Positions 23,190-24,000 of a DNA stretch of 24,000 nucleotides are shown in pieces. Below the pieces are notes generated by a model, which ran no database searches, was not told the origin of the DNA, and saw only the letters and a list, made by a program, of their open reading frames with translations. The position numbers and the translations under genes are program-made. Each line of letters opens with the position of its first letter. The first letter of the stretch is position 1. Origin of the DNA: an uncultured Veillonella sp. (GTDB lineage Bacteria; Bacillota; Negativicutes; Veillonellales; Veillonellaceae). The stretch is from contig CAUPZH010000006.1 in assembly GCA_963515865.1 (NCBI GenBank), positions 18,609 to 42,608 of the forward strand, in the 5' to 3' direction.

Positions 23190-24000
23190 ATGAAGTATAC
23201 AAGTACGCGCAGTCATGAAACGGTGAGTGAAACCTTTGCGTTGCTCCATGGATTGGCAAGTGATGGCGGTTTATATGTGCCGGCAGAGTTTCCGGAACAA
23301 TGTTTGTCCTACCGCGATGTGGCGGACAAAAGCTATGAAGAAATTGCACTGGTGGTGTTGAGTAAGTTATTTACGACTTTCACAGAAGCAGAATTAGAAA
23401 CGATGATTCGTAGTGCCTATAATACGGTGAACTTTGATACACCAGATATGGCGCCTATGCATTCCTTGTTAGAGCGAGTGTCTGTGCTGGAGTTGTTCCA
23501 CGGTCGCACACAAGCCTTCAAAGATATGGCGTTATCCTTGTTCCCGTACTTATTGGTGGCAGCAAAGGAAGCGGAAAAAGAAACAAAAGAAGTGTTGATA
23601 TTGACAGCTACCTCTGGTGATACAGGAAAAGCAGCCTTAGAAGGGTTCAAAGACGTGCCGGGAACGCACATTCAAGTGTTTTTCCCAACGGATGGCGTCA
23701 GCCCTATGCAACAAGAGCAAATGCAAAAGCAAGAAGGTGCAAATGTCAATGTAACAGCCATCGAAGGTAACTTTGATGATGCGCAACAATTTTTGAAGCG
23801 TCTCTTTGTGGATGCTGATGTAGCAAAGGAAGTGGCAGACAAGGGCGTGAAGTTCTCTTCTGCAAACTCCATCAATATTGGCCGGTTAGCGCCGCAAGTG
23901 GTGTACTATGTAGCGGCCTATGCGGAGCTAGTGAATACAGGCGCTATCCATGAAGATGAAGCGTTCAACGTGGTGGTGCCAACAGGTAATTTTGGCAACA
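23190..24000 (+). CDS. thrC: threonine synthase, 3' end outside the window
   Basis: My own translation of an open frame that is not in the ORF track because it runs off the window: MKYTSTRSHE..., FHGRTQAFKDMAL (PLP lysine), TSGDTGKAA, SANSINIGRL, VPTGNFGN. RBS aaagga precedes the ATG at 23190. Confidence 0.92.
   Translation, partial: MKYTSTRSHETVSETFALLHGLASDGGLYVPAEFPEQCLSYRDVADKSYEEIALVVLSKLFTTFTEAELETMIRSAYNTVNFDTPDMAPMHSLLERVSVLELFHGRTQAFKDMALSLFPYLLVAAKEAEKETKEVLILTATSGDTGKAALEGFKDVPGTHIQVFFPTDGVSPMQQEQMQKQEGANVNVTAIEGNFDDAQQFLKRLFVDADVAKEVADKGVKFSSANSINIGRLAPQVVYYVAAYAELVNTGAIHEDEAFNVVVPTGNFGN

Noticed and set aside
23119-23875. Minus-strand ORFs 23119..23349, 23417..23671 and 23672..23875.
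   Set aside because: They are antisense to the threonine synthase reading frame, which carries all the ThrC motifs.
1-24000. I scanned for CRISPR arrays, tRNA/rRNA genes, IS elements, integrases, phage genes and classic defence-system proteins.
   Set aside because: I saw no spaced repeats of CRISPR type, no cloverleaf-like or rRNA-like segments, and no transposase, recombinase, nuclease or ATPase ORFs. Apart from the loci listed in the findings, the window is ordinary chromosomal backbone.

Overview
This is a chromosomal, mostly housekeeping and metabolic window from an AT-rich, Firmicute-like genome. The gene content suggests a Negativicute such as Veillonella: rubrerythrin, tandem LL-DAP aminotransferase and meso-DAP dehydrogenase, selD-yedF, and YchF with DUF951. 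That assignment is inference, not something I could test. I support 22 protein-coding genes, two of them cut by the window edges. In order they are: two hypothetical proteins; LysR divergent from an aconitase-family plus PrpF-family pair; a C26 gamma-glutamyl hydrolase-like protein coupled to an APC permease; a second LysR divergent from a DAACS symporter; an orphan secreted protein; rubrerythrin; DUF951; selD, a YedF-like gene and DUF3343; ychF; ddh; dapL; a MATE exporter; an ADP-ribosylglycohydrolase; and thrC (3' truncated). I saw no transposase, integrase, CRISPR array, rRNA or tRNA. Two non-coding loci are the most interesting part. (1) At 16776-17063 a 27-codon hydrophobic ORF with a sequestered SD sits inside a ~290-bp imperfect inverted repeat. 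Both arms carry extended -10-like boxes, which looks like a type I toxin/antitoxin module. (2) At 22820-22975 on the minus strand there is a clear cobalamin riboswitch with its own near-consensus promoter. No ORF follows it before a strong terminator about 420 nt downstream, so it may lead a B12-responsive non-coding RNA. Secondary points are a 14-bp-stem palindromic terminator present twice 15.6 kb apart, a non-canonical aconitase/PrpF operon, a YedF-like protein with a long insert, and a Fur/PerR-like operator over the rubrerythrin transcription start. All calls come from reading the sequence and the supplied translations. No database search was run.
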